Both the position numbers and the translations under genes were made by a program. From Candidatus Eiseniibacteriota bacterium (GTDB lineage: Bacteria; Eisenbacteria; RBG-16-71-46): a stretch of DNA of 64,000 nucleotides. Of the stretch, positions 19,691 to 30,084 are shown piece after piece. Where the stretch lies: contig CAVSAC010000010.1 in assembly GCA_963725865.1 (NCBI GenBank), positions 224,001-288,000 of the forward strand. The letters run 5' to 3'. The stretch's first letter is position 1. Each line of letters starts with the position of its first letter. A model generated the notes under the pieces. That model did no database searches and was not told the DNA's origin. It saw only the letters and a list, made by a program, of their open reading frames with translations.

Positions 19691-19733
19691 CGTCGCTCCG
19701 CTTGTCGGGCATGGGAGTCCACCCCACTCGAAG

Positions 19734-19749
19734 GGCAACGCGCATGCCA
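19734..19749 (-). promoter_or_regulatory. sigma-54 (-24/-12) promoter for the kinase-like gene
   Basis: TGGCAT-GCGCG-TTGCC about 45 nt upstream of the ATG. Confidence 0.7.
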
Positions 19750-19812
19750 CGGCCCGCCGGGCCCGGGAGCCGCGAGCGGCGCATTTCGGCCCGGCGCAAC
19801 TTCCCGCCTCGC

Positions 19813-19842
19813 TTGACCATGGACCGCCCGCCTCACTACCTT
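19813..19842 (+). promoter_or_regulatory. sigma-70-type promoter for the DUF3467 gene
   Basis: TTGACC-N18-TACCTT. Confidence 0.5.
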
Positions 19843-19920
19843 TCGAGGAGTGCGGAACGCCCGGCCGTGCCCCGGATGGCCCGGATGGCGCGGCGACTGG
19901 GTGGGAACCCGGAGACGACC

Positions 19921-20217
19921 GTGGAAAACCCCCAGCAGCCCCCGCCGCTCCAGATCGAGCTCGCCGAGCGCGAGGCCGAGGGCATCTACTCGAACCTGGT
20001 GCTCATCGCGCACTCCCAATCCGAGGTCATCCTCGATTTCGCGCGCGCGCTCCCGGGCCTGCCGAAGGCGAAGGTGTACGCCCGCGTGATCCTCACGCCC
20101 CAGCATGCGAAGTCGCTCCTGCTGACGCTGGAGCAGAACCTGAAGACGTTCGAAAGTCAGTTCGGCGCCATCAAGCTCCCGGGCGAAGCCCGCCAGGGCC
20201 TCGGCTTCAAGCCCTGA
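19921..20217 (+). CDS. DUF3467 family protein
   Basis: IELAEREAEGIYSNLVLIAHSQSEVILDF...ARVILTPQHAKSLL; GGAG RBS before the GTG. Confidence 0.85.
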   Translation: MENPQQPPPLQIELAEREAEGIYSNLVLIAHSQSEVILDFARALPGLPKAKVYARVILTPQHAKSLLLTLEQNLKTFESQFGAIKLPGEARQGLGFKP

Positions 20218-20289
20218 GCGCGGCGCGCGGCCGCGCGTGCGGGACGCGGGGCGGGGGATGGACGGCGCGCGACCCCGGCTCCCGCGCGA

Positions 20290-20721
20290 CTAGTCGCGAT
20301 GCACGTCCGCCGGCGCGCGCGGCGCGGCGGCCAGCAACCGCGCGAGCGGCTCCGGCGGACGCACCGCGCGGCCCGCGCGGTCCACGCAGCAGTGCTCGGT
20401 GATCCCGGTCGCGAGCAGCTCGCCGTCGGCCTCGCGCACGATCCGGTAGCCGAAGGTCATGCTCGCGCGGGCGAGCGAGCGCACGCCGGTCTCGACCACC
20501 ACGAGATCGTCGTAGCGAGCCCCCTGGTAGTAGCGGACGCGCGCCTGCAGCACCGGCAGCATCACGCCCAGGGTCTCCTCCACCTCGCGATACGACCTCC
20601 CGAGCGCGCGCAGCATCTCGGCGCGACCGACCTCGAACCACCGCAGGTAGTTCGCGTAGTAGGCCCAGCCCATCTGATCGGTGTCCCCGTAGCGCACCCG
20701 GAACGAGAATCGATGCATCAC
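20290..20721 (-). CDS. Acyl-CoA thioesterase (YbgC/4HBT hotdog family)
   Basis: RVRYGDTDQMGWAYYANYLRWFEVGR. Confidence 0.9.
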   Translation of the reverse strand: MMHRFSFRVRYGDTDQMGWAYYANYLRWFEVGRAEMLRALGRSYREVEETLGVMLPVLQARVRYYQGARYDDLVVVETGVRSLARASMTFGYRIVREADGELLATGITEHCCVDRAGRAVRPPEPLARLLAAAPRAPADVHRD

Positions 20722-21621
20722 CTATCCCCCGTTCGTCTCGGCCGCGACGGGCGGCTGGGTCTTCCATCGCCGGTGGACCCAGAACCACATGGCGGGCCGC
20801 TCGCGCACCCATGCCTCGAGCCGCGCGGCGTGCAGCGCGGTGAGTCGCGTGACGGCGTCCTCCGCCTGCGGATCCGGCACCGAGAGTGGCGGCTCGAACA
20901 CCATCGCCAGTCGGCGGTCCGGCCGGCGATAGGTGACACAGAAGATCAACGGCGCCCCCGTGCGCAGCGCGAGCTGGGCCGGTCCCGCGAACGTACTCGC
21001 CGGCCGCCCCAGGAACGGCACGAACACCCCGTGGCGGCGCGCGTCCTGATCGGCCAGGAACGCCACCACGCGACCGTCGCGCAGCCGCTCGAACACGCGG
21101 CGCATCCCCAGCCCGAGCGGGACCATGCCGACGCCCGACGCCGAGCGCGCGCGTCCGATCCACGCCTCCACCGCCGGGTTGTTCATCGGCTTGTACACGA
21201 ACTCGATCGGAAAGCGCCGTCCGAACCAGGCGCCCGCCAGCTCGAAGTTCCCGAAGTGCGCGGTGACGACGATGGTCCCGCGCCCGGCGGCCTGCGCCGC
21301 CTCGACGTTCTCGAGCCCGTGGACCTCGGCCACCACGGTGTCGCCGGGTGCCGCGGCCAACTCGGCGAGCCGCGCGTACTCCATCACCACGCGTCCGAGC
21401 TCGCGGTAGTGCTCACGCAGCACCTCCGCACGCCACGCCGCGTCGTGCCCGGGGAACGCGCGCGCGAGGTTGTCCTCGGCCACCCGGCGCCGCACGCCGA
21501 GCCACCGCGCGAGGTCGCCGAGCCGCTCGCCGAGCACCAGCGACGCGCGCCAGGGCAGCACCCGCGCGAGCGCGGCCAGCGCCACGACGAACGCCGCCTC
21601 GAGCCGGTGGCGGAGCGTCAC
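20722..21621 (-). CDS. Lipid A lauroyl / lysophospholipid acyltransferase (LpxL/HtrB family)
   Basis: AHFGNFE, LADQD, VPFLG, P..WFWVHRRWK; GTG start overlaps the dprA stop. Confidence 0.9.
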   Translation of the reverse strand: MTLRHRLEAAFVVALAALARVLPWRASLVLGERLGDLARWLGVRRRVAEDNLARAFPGHDAAWRAEVLREHYRELGRVVMEYARLAELAAAPGDTVVAEVHGLENVEAAQAAGRGTIVVTAHFGNFELAGAWFGRRFPIEFVYKPMNNPAVEAWIGRARSASGVGMVPLGLGMRRVFERLRDGRVVAFLADQDARRHGVFVPFLGRPASTFAGPAQLALRTGAPLIFCVTYRRPDRRLAMVFEPPLSVPDPQAEDAVTRLTALHAARLEAWVRERPAMWFWVHRRWKTQPPVAAETNGG

Positions 21622-22511
21622 GCCGCGCCCCGCGCGCGCACGTAGCGCTGGCCCGGACGCGCGACGACCGCGCCGGTCCACTCCAGCTGCAGGAGGCTCG
21701 CGAGGGTCTCGTTCACCGAGAGCCCGGCCGCATCCGCCACCGCCTCGAGCGCGCGCGGCTCGGCACCCACGCACGCGAGCACGCGCGCGGTGGGGGTCGC
21801 GTCCGGCTCCGCGGCCGACGCCAGCACCGCGAGGACGTCGCCGGCATCACCGCACACCCGCGCCCCCTCGCGCAGCAGCCCGAGAGTGCCGCGGCTGGTG
21901 GGCCGGTCGAGGTCGCCCGGGACCGCGAACACGGGGCGGTCCAGCGCGCGCGCCGCGCGCGCAGTCGCGAGCGCGCCGCTCGCCTCACCCGCCTCCACCA
22001 CCACCGTGGCGGCGGCGAGTGCCGCGATGATGCGGTTGCGGGTCACGAAAGCGCCGCGGAACGGCGGCGGCCCCGCGCTCCACTCGCTCACCAGCGCGCC
22101 GCGCACCGCGAGTCGCGCGGCCAGCGGCCGGTGCTCGATCGGCACGATGGCGTCGAGCCCCGCCGGGATCACCGCGACGCTCACGCCGTCGGCCGCGAGC
22201 GCGCCCTCGTGCGCCGCGGCGTCGATGCCGCGCGCCAGCCCGCTCACCACCGCCACGCCGACCCGCGCGAGGTCCGCGGCGAGCGTGCGCGCGACGCCGA
22301 CTCCGTAAGGGGTCGCGGCGCGCGCGCCCACCACCGCGACGGAGCGCGCCGGCGGCGGCAGCGCGCCGAGCACGTACAGGCAGGCGGGCGGATCGGGGAG
22401 CGCGCGCAGCGCGTCCGGGTACGCGGCGTCCGCGCGGGCGAGCGCACGCACGCCCGGAGGCGGCGTGCGAGCGGCCGCGGGCGCGCCGTCAGGCGGACGC
22501 GCCGCCCGCAT
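21618..22511 (-). CDS. dprA: DNA-processing protein DprA
   Basis: YPDALRALPDPP, VAVVGAR, VSGLARGIDAAAH, RNRIIAAL, VVEA..SGAL, C-terminal winged helix. Confidence 0.93.
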   Translation of the reverse strand: MRAARPPDGAPAAARTPPPGVRALARADAAYPDALRALPDPPACLYVLGALPPPARSVAVVGARAATPYGVGVARTLAADLARVGVAVVSGLARGIDAAAHEGALAADGVSVAVIPAGLDAIVPIEHRPLAARLAVRGALVSEWSAGPPPFRGAFVTRNRIIAALAAATVVVEAGEASGALATARAARALDRPVFAVPGDLDRPTSRGTLGLLREGARVCGDAGDVLAVLASAAEPDATPTARVLACVGAEPRALEAVADAAGLSVNETLASLLQLEWTGAVVARPGQRYVRARGAA

Positions 22512-23163
22512 TCCCGCCGCCGCTCTCGGGAGCGCGCTCCCGGGTGGGCGGGGGCCCGGTGAGCAGCTCCCACTCGACGCCCTCGTCACTCGCTCGCACC
22601 ATCGGGCTGTCGTCCGGGAGCGCATCGGGATCGTCGACCCCCATCAGCTCCTCGTTGCGCAGGTAGCGCTCGATCCGCTCGAGCAGCGCCCGATCGCGCG
22701 TCCCCAGCTCGTCGAGCCGCCGGCGCCGGCTCTCGGCCGGCAGCCGGTGGAGTGCATGCGCCAGCCGGAAGGCGCCGCCCTGGTGGGCGATCGCCACCAG
22801 CGCCTCGCGCCCGGCCTCGACCGCCGTCGCGTTCGCGTCCTCGCACACCCGCAGCAGCGCCGGCACCGCCGGGCGCCAGGCGAGCTTGCCGAGCACCCGC
22901 GCGGCGCTCGCGCGCGTGAACCACAGCCCCTGCTCCAGCAGCGGCAGGAGCACCGGCGCACCGTGATCGGCCATCCGCAGGAACGCGCTTTCCGCCAGGT
23001 CGCGGAGGAACCACGACTCGTCGCACAGACACTCCGCCAGCAGCGCCAGCGACTCCGCGTCCGCGCGCTGCTCGAGCCCGCGCACGTACTCGCGCTTGGC
23101 GGCGAGGCCGCGGGCGTTGAGCAGATCGAGCGACTTGCCCGGGCCGTACTTGTCGTCCGTCAT
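22489..23163 (-). CDS. HEAT repeat protein
   Basis: [30 protein letters not shown] and AVPALL repeats. Confidence 0.75.
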   Translation of the reverse strand: MTDDKYGPGKSLDLLNARGLAAKREYVRGLEQRADAESLALLAECLCDESWFLRDLAESAFLRMADHGAPVLLPLLEQGLWFTRASAARVLGKLAWRPAVPALLRVCEDANATAVEAGREALVAIAHQGGAFRLAHALHRLPAESRRRRLDELGTRDRALLERIERYLRNEELMGVDDPDALPDDSPMVRASDEGVEWELLTGPPPTRERAPESGGGNAGGASA

Positions 23164-24173
23164 CGTCCGAGTCCTTCGTCCGCGCCCTCGTGCGCGGGCG
23201 CGGCGATCAAGGTCCAGATGGCTTCCATGAGCTCGCGCATCCCGGCGCCGGAGTGCGCACTGATCACCAGCGCGTCCGGCAGGCCGGCGCGGAGCGCCGC
23301 GCCGGCGTGCGATTCGGGCGGCACCAGGTCCGCCTTGGTCAGCACCACGAGCCGCGGCTTGTCCGCGAACGCGCGGCTGTGAAGTGACAACTCGCGCTCG
23401 AGGATCGCCAGATCCCCGGCCGCGTCCTCGGCCGTGACGTCGACCAAGAAGGCCAGCACTCGGGTGCGCTCGAGGTGGCGCAGGAACTGCAGACCGAGTC
23501 CCTTGCCGAGATGCGCGTCGGCGATCAGTCCGGGCACGTCGGCGACCACGAACTGACGCTCCTCGTCCAGCGACGCGATCCCGAGGTTGGGCTCGAGGGT
23601 GGTGAAGGGATACGCGGCGATCTTTGGTCGTGCCCGCGAGACTCGCGACAGGAGGGTGGACTTGCCGGCGTTCGGCAGCCCCACCAGCCCCACGTCGGCG
23701 ATGAGCTTCAGCTCGAGTTCGAGCCAGCGCTCCTCGCCATCTTCGCCGGGATCCGCGCGCCGGGGCGCCTGGTTGGTCGCGGTCGCGAACCGCGCGTTGC
23801 CGCGCCCTCCGCGACCGCCCTTCGCAATCGCCACGCTCTGACCGTCGTCGACCAGGTCCGCGAGCGTTTCGCCGGTCTCGCCGTCCTTCACCACCGTGCC
23901 CCGAGGAACCTCGATCACACGGTCCCCGCCGTCGCGCCCCGAGCGGTTGTTCCCGGAGCCCGGTCGGCCATTCTCGGCACGGTATCGGGGCTCCTCACGG
24001 CAGTCAAGAAGCGTGCGCACGTGCGGGTTCACGCGCAGCATGACGCTCCCTCCGCGGCCGCCGTCACCGCCATCGGGGCCGCCCTTCGGCACGTACTTCT
24101 CGCGCCGGAACGAGATGCAACCGGCGCCGCCGCGTCCGGAGATCACATGGATGCGGGCTTCATCGACGAACAC
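23160..24173 (-). CDS. obgE: GTPase ObgE/CgtA
   Basis: FVDEA...[42 protein letters not shown]; strong RBS before GTG 24173. Confidence 0.97.
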   Translation of the reverse strand: MFVDEARIHVISGRGGAGCISFRREKYVPKGGPDGGDGGRGGSVMLRVNPHVRTLLDCREEPRYRAENGRPGSGNNRSGRDGGDRVIEVPRGTVVKDGETGETLADLVDDGQSVAIAKGGRGGRGNARFATATNQAPRRADPGEDGEERWLELELKLIADVGLVGLPNAGKSTLLSRVSRARPKIAAYPFTTLEPNLGIASLDEERQFVVADVPGLIADAHLGKGLGLQFLRHLERTRVLAFLVDVTAEDAAGDLAILERELSLHSRAFADKPRLVVLTKADLVPPESHAGAALRAGLPDALVISAHSGAGMRELMEAIWTLIAAPAHEGADEGLGR

Positions 24174-24218
24174 GTCCACCCCTCCTCGCACTCGGTTCCT
24201 GCCCGGGTTCCGCCCCGA

Positions 24219-26081
24219 TCAGGTCGCATCTCGCCGGTCCAACTCGCGCAGGCGTCCACCCACTCGCGCCCGCTCCGCGTCCCGCGGCTCCAGGTCGAGC
24301 CACGCAGTATAGCCGTGACCGCGAGCCAGGTTGCGCACCCCGAGGGCGCGACCGGCCGCCAGGCCCTCGGCCAGCGCCGGGATCTCGAGCTCGTCACCGA
24401 CCGCGACCTCCTCCGCCAGGTCCGCCGCGACCAGCGGCAGCACTCCGCCCGCCGCCAGCCGCGCCGCGAACCCGGGCGCGAACGAGCGCGCGATCACCGC
24501 GCGCACCCCGAGGGTCGCCAGCACCAGCACCGCGCGGTCGCGCACCGGGCCCGCCCCGCAGCGCTCGCCCGCCACCACGAACCCGCCCCCGGCCGCGCGG
24601 GCGCGCGCCGCGAAGCCGGCGTCGACGTCGGCGAACGTCTGCTCGGCCAGGAGCGCGAGGTCCGCGAGCATCGGCCGCAGGCGCGGCCCCCAGCGCAGCA
24701 CGTCCTCGGCGCCGACGTCGTCCCCCACGCACAGCAGCACCGGTCCGCGCGCGCTCTCGCCGGGCACGGGCGGCAGCACGAGCGGGTGCGGGCCCTCCTC
24801 CGACGCGCCTCCGGTTCCCGGCTCGAGGACCTCGCCCAGCTCTTCGACCGCCGACGGACTCGGACCCGCCTCCCGCCAGGCAGCCCCACGCGCGTCCTCC
24901 AGCCGACCCGCGAGCGCCGAGGCGATGCAGGTGCTCGGTGAGGCGAGGCGCCAGCGTCCCGCGGCGCCCGGCAGGTCCGCGTCCTCGACGCCGAAGCACA
25001 GTCCGATCGCCTCGGGCGCACCGAAGTCAGCCATCGTCGCGGCCATCCCTTCGGCCGCGGCGGACGCCAGGCTCGCGGCGACCGGCGTCGCGGCCTCGAC
25101 GCGACGCTCGAAGACCGCCGCGATCGCGCGGCTGCCGGGCAGCCCGGTGAGCGCCGCAGCGGCGACCGTGCCGTCGCTCAGCGCGCGCGCCAGCTGGTCG
25201 AATGCGCCCGGCGGCGTCGCCGCCCCGAGCACCACCGTCGCCACCGGGAGCACGCCCTCCTCTCCCACTGGGCGCGCGACCGGCGGTAGGGTGCGACTCA
25301 GCGTCAGCGGTACCAGGCCGTCGAGCGCCACCGCGCGGTCGAACGGCGCATCCGCCTCCGCCTCGAGACGCTTCCATTCGCTCTCGCGCCCATGCGCCGC
25401 GAGCCACTCGTGCGTGGCGTCATCGGAAGGCCACACCACCGCCAGTGCTCCCAGCTCCGGCGCCAGCGCGGCGGCCGCGATGCGCTCCTCGACCGGCACG
25501 GCCGCCAGCCCGGGCCCGCCGAACTCCACCACGCAGCCGCGCAGCGCCGCGGCGCGCGGCGAGCCGGCGAGCACCATCATCAGGTCGGCGGCATCCACCG
25601 CGGCGGGGAACTCGCCCTCGAGCGCGATGCGCACCACCCGCGGGCGCTCGAGCACGCAGGCGGCACCGGCCCACACCGCCGCCAGCTCCAGCGCATCCGC
25701 GGCCAACGCGAGCGTGCCCAGCCCACCGGCGCCCGCAAGCGAGGCGCCGCAGCCCAGCGCGAGCCGACCGGGGGCCGCGTAGTGCTCGACGTGCACGCGC
25801 CCCGCGCGTCCGAGGCCGGGGGGTGCGAAGCGCGCGCCGATGCGAGCCGCGGCGTGCTGCAGGCGCGTGCCTCCGAGCACCTCGAGCGCGTCCCGGGTGT
25901 CCGCGCACACCAGCGCCAGCTCGGTGCGCGCCGCCTCGACGCCCGTCGCGGCGAACGCGGCGAGCACCAGCAGCGCGTCGTCCCCGGCCGCGATCGCGTG
26001 ATCCACGCGCACAGCGAGCGGCTCGCCCACGCCGGAGGTCGCGTGCGCGTCGAGCAGCTGGTCGGTCAGCGAGCGCGCCAT
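24219..26081 (-). CDS. Aconitase-family protein (core plus swivel domain) lacking catalytic and Fe-S residues
   Basis: Collinear scaffold: SLTDQLLDAH, VEFGGPG, ELGA..WPSD, PGSR, LASP..ASALAG, LGVRAVIARSFA..F..L..GVLPL, ER...GG.L. Confidence 0.8.
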   Translation of the reverse strand: MARSLTDQLLDAHATSGVGEPLAVRVDHAIAAGDDALLVLAAFAATGVEAARTELALVCADTRDALEVLGGTRLQHAAARIGARFAPPGLGRAGRVHVEHYAAPGRLALGCGASLAGAGGLGTLALAADALELAAVWAGAACVLERPRVVRIALEGEFPAAVDAADLMMVLAGSPRAAALRGCVVEFGGPGLAAVPVEERIAAAALAPELGALAVVWPSDDATHEWLAAHGRESEWKRLEAEADAPFDRAVALDGLVPLTLSRTLPPVARPVGEEGVLPVATVVLGAATPPGAFDQLARALSDGTVAAAALTGLPGSRAIAAVFERRVEAATPVAASLASAAAEGMAATMADFGAPEAIGLCFGVEDADLPGAAGRWRLASPSTCIASALAGRLEDARGAAWREAGPSPSAVEELGEVLEPGTGGASEEGPHPLVLPPVPGESARGPVLLCVGDDVGAEDVLRWGPRLRPMLADLALLAEQTFADVDAGFAARARAAGGGFVVAGERCGAGPVRDRAVLVLATLGVRAVIARSFAPGFAARLAAGGVLPLVAADLAEEVAVGDELEIPALAEGLAAGRALGVRNLARGHGYTAWLDLEPRDAERARVGGRLRELDRRDAT

Positions 26082-26094
26082 GTCGGGCGCCGCC

Positions 26095-26373
26095 TCACTC
26101 GCCGCTGGGGGACTTCGAGGGACCTGCCGGCTTCTCCGGCTTGGGATTCTCCGGCTTGGGCTTCTCCTGCTTCGCGCGTTCCTTGTAGTCCTTGCTCCGG
26201 TGGTCCGTGATGTAGAAGCCGGAGCCCTTGAACAGCAGTCCTGCGCCGCCGGCCGGCACGCGTTCGGTCCTGCCGCGGCACTTCGGGCAGCGCTTCGGCG
26301 CGTCGTCCTTGATGCTGTGGAACAGCTCGAAGCGATGCCCGCACTTGGAGCACCGGTAGTCGTAGGTCGGCAT
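26095..26373 (-). CDS. FmdB family zinc-ribbon protein
   Basis: MPTYDYRCSKCGH...CPKC...FKGSGFYITD. Confidence 0.92.
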   Translation of the reverse strand: MPTYDYRCSKCGHRFELFHSIKDDAPKRCPKCRGRTERVPAGGAGLLFKGSGFYITDHRSKDYKERAKQEKPKPENPKPEKPAGPSKSPSGE

Positions 26374-26400
26374 GCGACGTCCTCCTCGGATCACCCGGGC

Positions 26401-27420
26401 TCAGGTGCCCGGCACCGTGGCCGGCGCCTGCGCGAGCAGACAGGCGATGGTGGAGACCTCCACGATGTCCTCGGCGGAGCAGCCGCGCGACAGATCGTTG
26501 GCCGGGCGCGCGAGCCCCATGACGATGGGACCGATGGCCTCGGCTCCCGCGAGCCGCTGGACCAGCTTGTAGCCGATGTTCCCCGCATCGAGATCGGGGA
26601 ACACCAGCACGTTGGCGTGCCCGGCGACGGTGCTGTCCGCGGCCTTGCGGCGGCCGATCTCGGGCACGATCGCAGCGTCGAGTTGCAGCTCGCCGTCGAT
26701 GTGCTGATCGGGACGCCGCTCGCGCGCGAGCCGCACCGCTTCGCGGACCTTGTCGACGTCGGGATGCTGGGCGCTGCCGCGCGTGGAGAACGACAGGAAA
26801 GCGGTGTGGGGTACCTCGCCGGTGAGCCGCTGGAACTGCTCCGCCGCCGTCACGCCGATCTCGGCCAACTGCGTGGCGTCGGGATTCGGCACCACCGCAC
26901 AGTCCGCGAACATCAGCACGCGCTCGGACGCCGCGCCGCCCGACCCCTTGAGCACCATCAGGAAGAACGACGCCACGGTCTTCACTCCGGGCGCCAACCC
27001 GATCAGCCAGATCGCCGGACGCAGCACGTCCGACGTCGGGCGCGTGGACCCCCCCACGAAGCAGTCGGCCCGTCCCTCCCGCACGCGCGCCGCGGCCTGG
27101 AACATCGGATCGCGCGCGTAGCGCTCGCGGTCGGCCGGGCCCAGGCGCTCGCCACGGGCCGCCTGCAGCGCGGTCGACGCGCGCGCGATCTCCTCGCCCG
27201 CGGTGGCATCGATCGTCGTCACCCCGGTGAGCGCGACGTCGACCTTGCGGGCGGTGGCCTTGAGCACGGCCGGATCCCCGATCAGCGCGACCTCCGCGAG
27301 CCGGTCGCGCGCCAATCGATCGGCGGCGCGCACCACGCGCTCGTCGTGGCCTTCGGTGAGGATCAGTCGCCGGGGTCTGAGGCTGGCCTGCCGGCGCAGG
27401 CGTTCCATCAAAGCGGTCAT
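26401..27420 (-). CDS. pta: Phosphate acetyltransferase
   Basis: [46 protein letters not shown]. Confidence 0.93.
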   Translation of the reverse strand: MTALMERLRRQASLRPRRLILTEGHDERVVRAADRLARDRLAEVALIGDPAVLKATARKVDVALTGVTTIDATAGEEIARASTALQAARGERLGPADRERYARDPMFQAAARVREGRADCFVGGSTRPTSDVLRPAIWLIGLAPGVKTVASFFLMVLKGSGGAASERVLMFADCAVVPNPDATQLAEIGVTAAEQFQRLTGEVPHTAFLSFSTRGSAQHPDVDKVREAVRLARERRPDQHIDGELQLDAAIVPEIGRRKAADSTVAGHANVLVFPDLDAGNIGYKLVQRLAGAEAIGPIVMGLARPANDLSRGCSAEDIVEVSTIACLLAQAPATVPGT

Positions 27421-27986
27421 CGCCGCCCCCCTGTTCGATTGGAAGCTCGTGCCTTCGCTCCACCGGATCCGCGCGTCGCGCGCGCCGCCGCGGACGCCTC
27501 GGCGCGCAACCGCGCGCGCAAGCGGCCCTCGACCAGGCGCGGCACCAGGCCGCGCACGTTCCCGCCGAGGCGGGCGACCTCCTTCACCAGCGTGGAGTTC
27601 AAGTAGGTGTACTCCTGACTCGGCATCATGAACACCACCTCGACGGTGGGGGCGAGCCGACGATTCATCAACGCCATCTGGAACTCGTACTCGAAATCGC
27701 TGACCGCCCGGATGCCGCGGATGATCGCGCTCGCTCCCACGCGACGTGCGCAGTCCACGAGCAGGTCCTCGAACGCGATCACCTCGACGCGCGGCAGCGC
27801 CCGCACCGCGAGCTGAATCATCTCGACGCGCTCCTCGACCGAGAACAGCGTGCCCTTGGCCGGGCTGGGCGCGACCGCCACGACGACGCGGTCGAAGATG
27901 CGCGTCGCGCGCTCGGTCAGATCGAGGTGGCCATTCGTGTAGGGATCGAACGTGCCGGGGAACAGCGCGATCCGAACGGGTCTCAT
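27417..27986 (-). CDS. coaD: Phosphopantetheine adenylyltransferase
   Basis: [32 protein letters not shown]. Confidence 0.97.
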   Translation of the reverse strand: MRPVRIALFPGTFDPYTNGHLDLTERATRIFDRVVVAVAPSPAKGTLFSVEERVEMIQLAVRALPRVEVIAFEDLLVDCARRVGASAIIRGIRAVSDFEYEFQMALMNRRLAPTVEVVFMMPSQEYTYLNSTLVKEVARLGGNVRGLVPRLVEGRLRARLRAEASAAARATRGSGGAKARASNRTGGRR

Positions 27987-28567
27987 GCCTCGGCCTCCTG
28001 GTCTTCGGGCCAGGCCGCCGCGCCCACCCGATACACGCTCACCTGGGTCTCGCCGTAGCGCCGCTCGCGCTCGCGCGCCAGCACGCCCGCCTGTCCCGGG
28101 ACCACGTCCTTGAGATGATGCTCCACCACCACGCGGGCGCCGACCGGCAGCAGCCCGCGCTCGCCGAGCGCCGCCAGCGTGGCGCGGGCCTCCGCTCCGC
28201 CGTACGGCGGGTCCGCCAGAACCAGGTCCGCGATCGCCAGCGCGGGCCGCATCCGTCCGAGCGCCTGCGGCAGCGACAGCGGCCAGACCGTGGATCGCGC
28301 ACCCAACTCCAGCGCCCCCAGATTGGCCCTCAGGATGCGCAGCGCCCCGGGATCCGATTCCACCAGGTCCGCGTGCGCCGCCCCTCGGGACAGCGCCTCG
28401 ATCGCGAGCGCACCCGAACCGGCGAACAGGTCCACGACCCGCAGGCCGGCGAACGGCTCCAGCATCATGAACAGTGCCTCGCGTACGCGGTCGGACGTGG
28501 GCCGGGTCCGCGCGCCGCGCGGCGCCGCCAGGCGCCGTCCCCCGAGCGAACCCGCGATGACACGCAC
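27983..28567 (-). CDS. rsmD: 16S rRNA m2G966 methyltransferase
   Basis: [29 protein letters not shown]. Confidence 0.95.
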   Translation of the reverse strand: MRVIAGSLGGRRLAAPRGARTRPTSDRVREALFMMLEPFAGLRVVDLFAGSGALAIEALSRGAAHADLVESDPGALRILRANLGALELGARSTVWPLSLPQALGRMRPALAIADLVLADPPYGGAEARATLAALGERGLLPVGARVVVEHHLKDVVPGQAGVLARERERRYGETQVSVYRVGAAAWPEDQEAEA

Positions 28568-28657
28568 GCTGGGCACCTTCTCACGGGGGGTGCGGGGGCC
28601 GTCAAGCCGCGCCGCCCGCGTCGCCGCGACCACGGCGCGGACCGGGCACCCCTGCGT

Positions 28658-29281
28658 TCACTCCCACGGGATCACGGCGATGCCCGACGGCGCGCGGAGC
28701 ACGAACGCCTCGCGACCGCGTGCGCGCGAGAATCGCCAGTCGCGCAGCCGCCAGTCGGAGCGCTCCGCGCCCACCTGGGTCTCGAGCCGCGCAGGCAGCC
28801 CGTCGAGTCCCAGCGTGACCCACGCGCTGTCCACCGCGCCGCGCTGCGGCACCAGCCGGTAGCGGCGGGCCCCCAGCGCCGTCTCCTGGAGGCGCGCCGC
28901 GGCCGTTCCGCCGATCAGCAAGGTCCAGACGTCGAGCAGCGGGGCGACCCGGCCGGGCCCCAAGCGCAGCATCTGACCCAGCGCCGGCTGCAGCCACTCC
29001 CCGCCGTCGCTTCGGCAGGTCATGCGCTCGCCGCTGCCGGCGATGTCGAGCCGCGCGCGGTCCGGAGGCTCCAGCACCAGCGTGCCCTGCCATGCGCGGC
29101 GGATCGTCTCGTCCCGGGTCGGGCGTCGCTCGATCCGCACCTCGGCGCGCCCCCGCTGCTGGAGGCGCACGAGCAGCGCGGCGGCGGCGCGCGCGGGCGC
29201 CGCCGTGGCCGCCGGCGCGCCGCTCGCCACCGCGCACGCCAGCGCCAGCGCCAGCACCCGCGCCGCGCCGCGCGCGCTCAT
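28658..29281 (-). CDS. LolA-like outer-membrane lipoprotein carrier
   Basis: Signal peptide; G.L.LEPPDRARL, SDG..W...P.LGQ, C-terminal F.L.AP.G..VI pattern. Confidence 0.6.
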   Translation of the reverse strand: MSARGAARVLALALACAVASGAPAATAAPARAAAALLVRLQQRGRAEVRIERRPTRDETIRRAWQGTLVLEPPDRARLDIAGSGERMTCRSDGGEWLQPALGQMLRLGPGRVAPLLDVWTLLIGGTAAARLQETALGARRYRLVPQRGAVDSAWVTLGLDGLPARLETQVGAERSDWRLRDWRFSRARGREAFVLRAPSGIAVIPWE

Positions 29282-30084
29282 GGACCCACCAGCCGCACCA
29301 GCGCGGCGCGCAGGTCGCCGAGCGTCCAGCGCTGCGCCTGCTCCGGGATGCGGACCGTCACGCGATCGCGATCGTCGGCCGTCACGAACCGCGCGAGATC
29401 CGTGCGGCACGTCAGGCGGAAGCGACCCTCGCCGTCGGTGAACTCGAGCAACGCGGGCCACGCGACGTGCTCGACCGACATCCACTGGAGATACGTCGCG
29501 CGCCACGGCGGGCGCCCGGGGCGCCACACCTCGACCCAGGCCGGCAGTCCGCTCGATGCGAGCGCGAGCGCGAGGCTGTCCGGCCCCTCCCGCCAGCGCA
29601 CGACCGACAGCGATTCGATCCCCGAGGGGGCGACCCATGCGCTGTCGGGCGGGCTCCAGAGCCCACTCCACGCGCGAAAGGCCAGCCTCCCCGGCGCCGT
29701 CAGTCCGAGCGAATCGGCGAACGCGTCGAGCTCCAGTCCGACGAGTCGCGACGGCACGAATGCCGCGACTGTGTCGCCGCGCGCCCCGATGTCGAGCGCG
29801 GTCCCGAACAGCGACGCCACGCGCAGGCGCGCGGCATCCGGCGCCGCCAGCGCGAGCCGCCCTTCCAGCGCCGGCAGCCGGTCCCCGGACGTGGTCGCGA
29901 GCCACAGCGCGAGGTCGGCGTCCACCGCGCGGGCGGCGTCCCGCCGCGCGGCCGCCAGGGACTCGAAGCGCGAGCGCAGCGCCGGCGAGACGAACTCGGG
30001 AGGAGCCAGCCGATGCGGTGCGCAGCCGCCCGTGGCGAGCACCAGGCCGAGCGCCGCCCACGCCGCGATCCGCGCGCGGCTCAT
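29278..30084 (-). CDS. Lipoprotein, LolB/DUF4292-like
   Basis: Lipobox ATGG-C; PDAARLRVASLFG; C-terminal V.IP; adjacent to the LolA-like gene. Confidence 0.5.
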   Translation of the reverse strand: MSRARIAAWAALGLVLATGGCAPHRLAPPEFVSPALRSRFESLAAARRDAARAVDADLALWLATTSGDRLPALEGRLALAAPDAARLRVASLFGTALDIGARGDTVAAFVPSRLVGLELDAFADSLGLTAPGRLAFRAWSGLWSPPDSAWVAPSGIESLSVVRWREGPDSLALALASSGLPAWVEVWRPGRPPWRATYLQWMSVEHVAWPALLEFTDGEGRFRLTCRTDLARFVTADDRDRVTVRIPEQAQRWTLGDLRAALVRLVGP

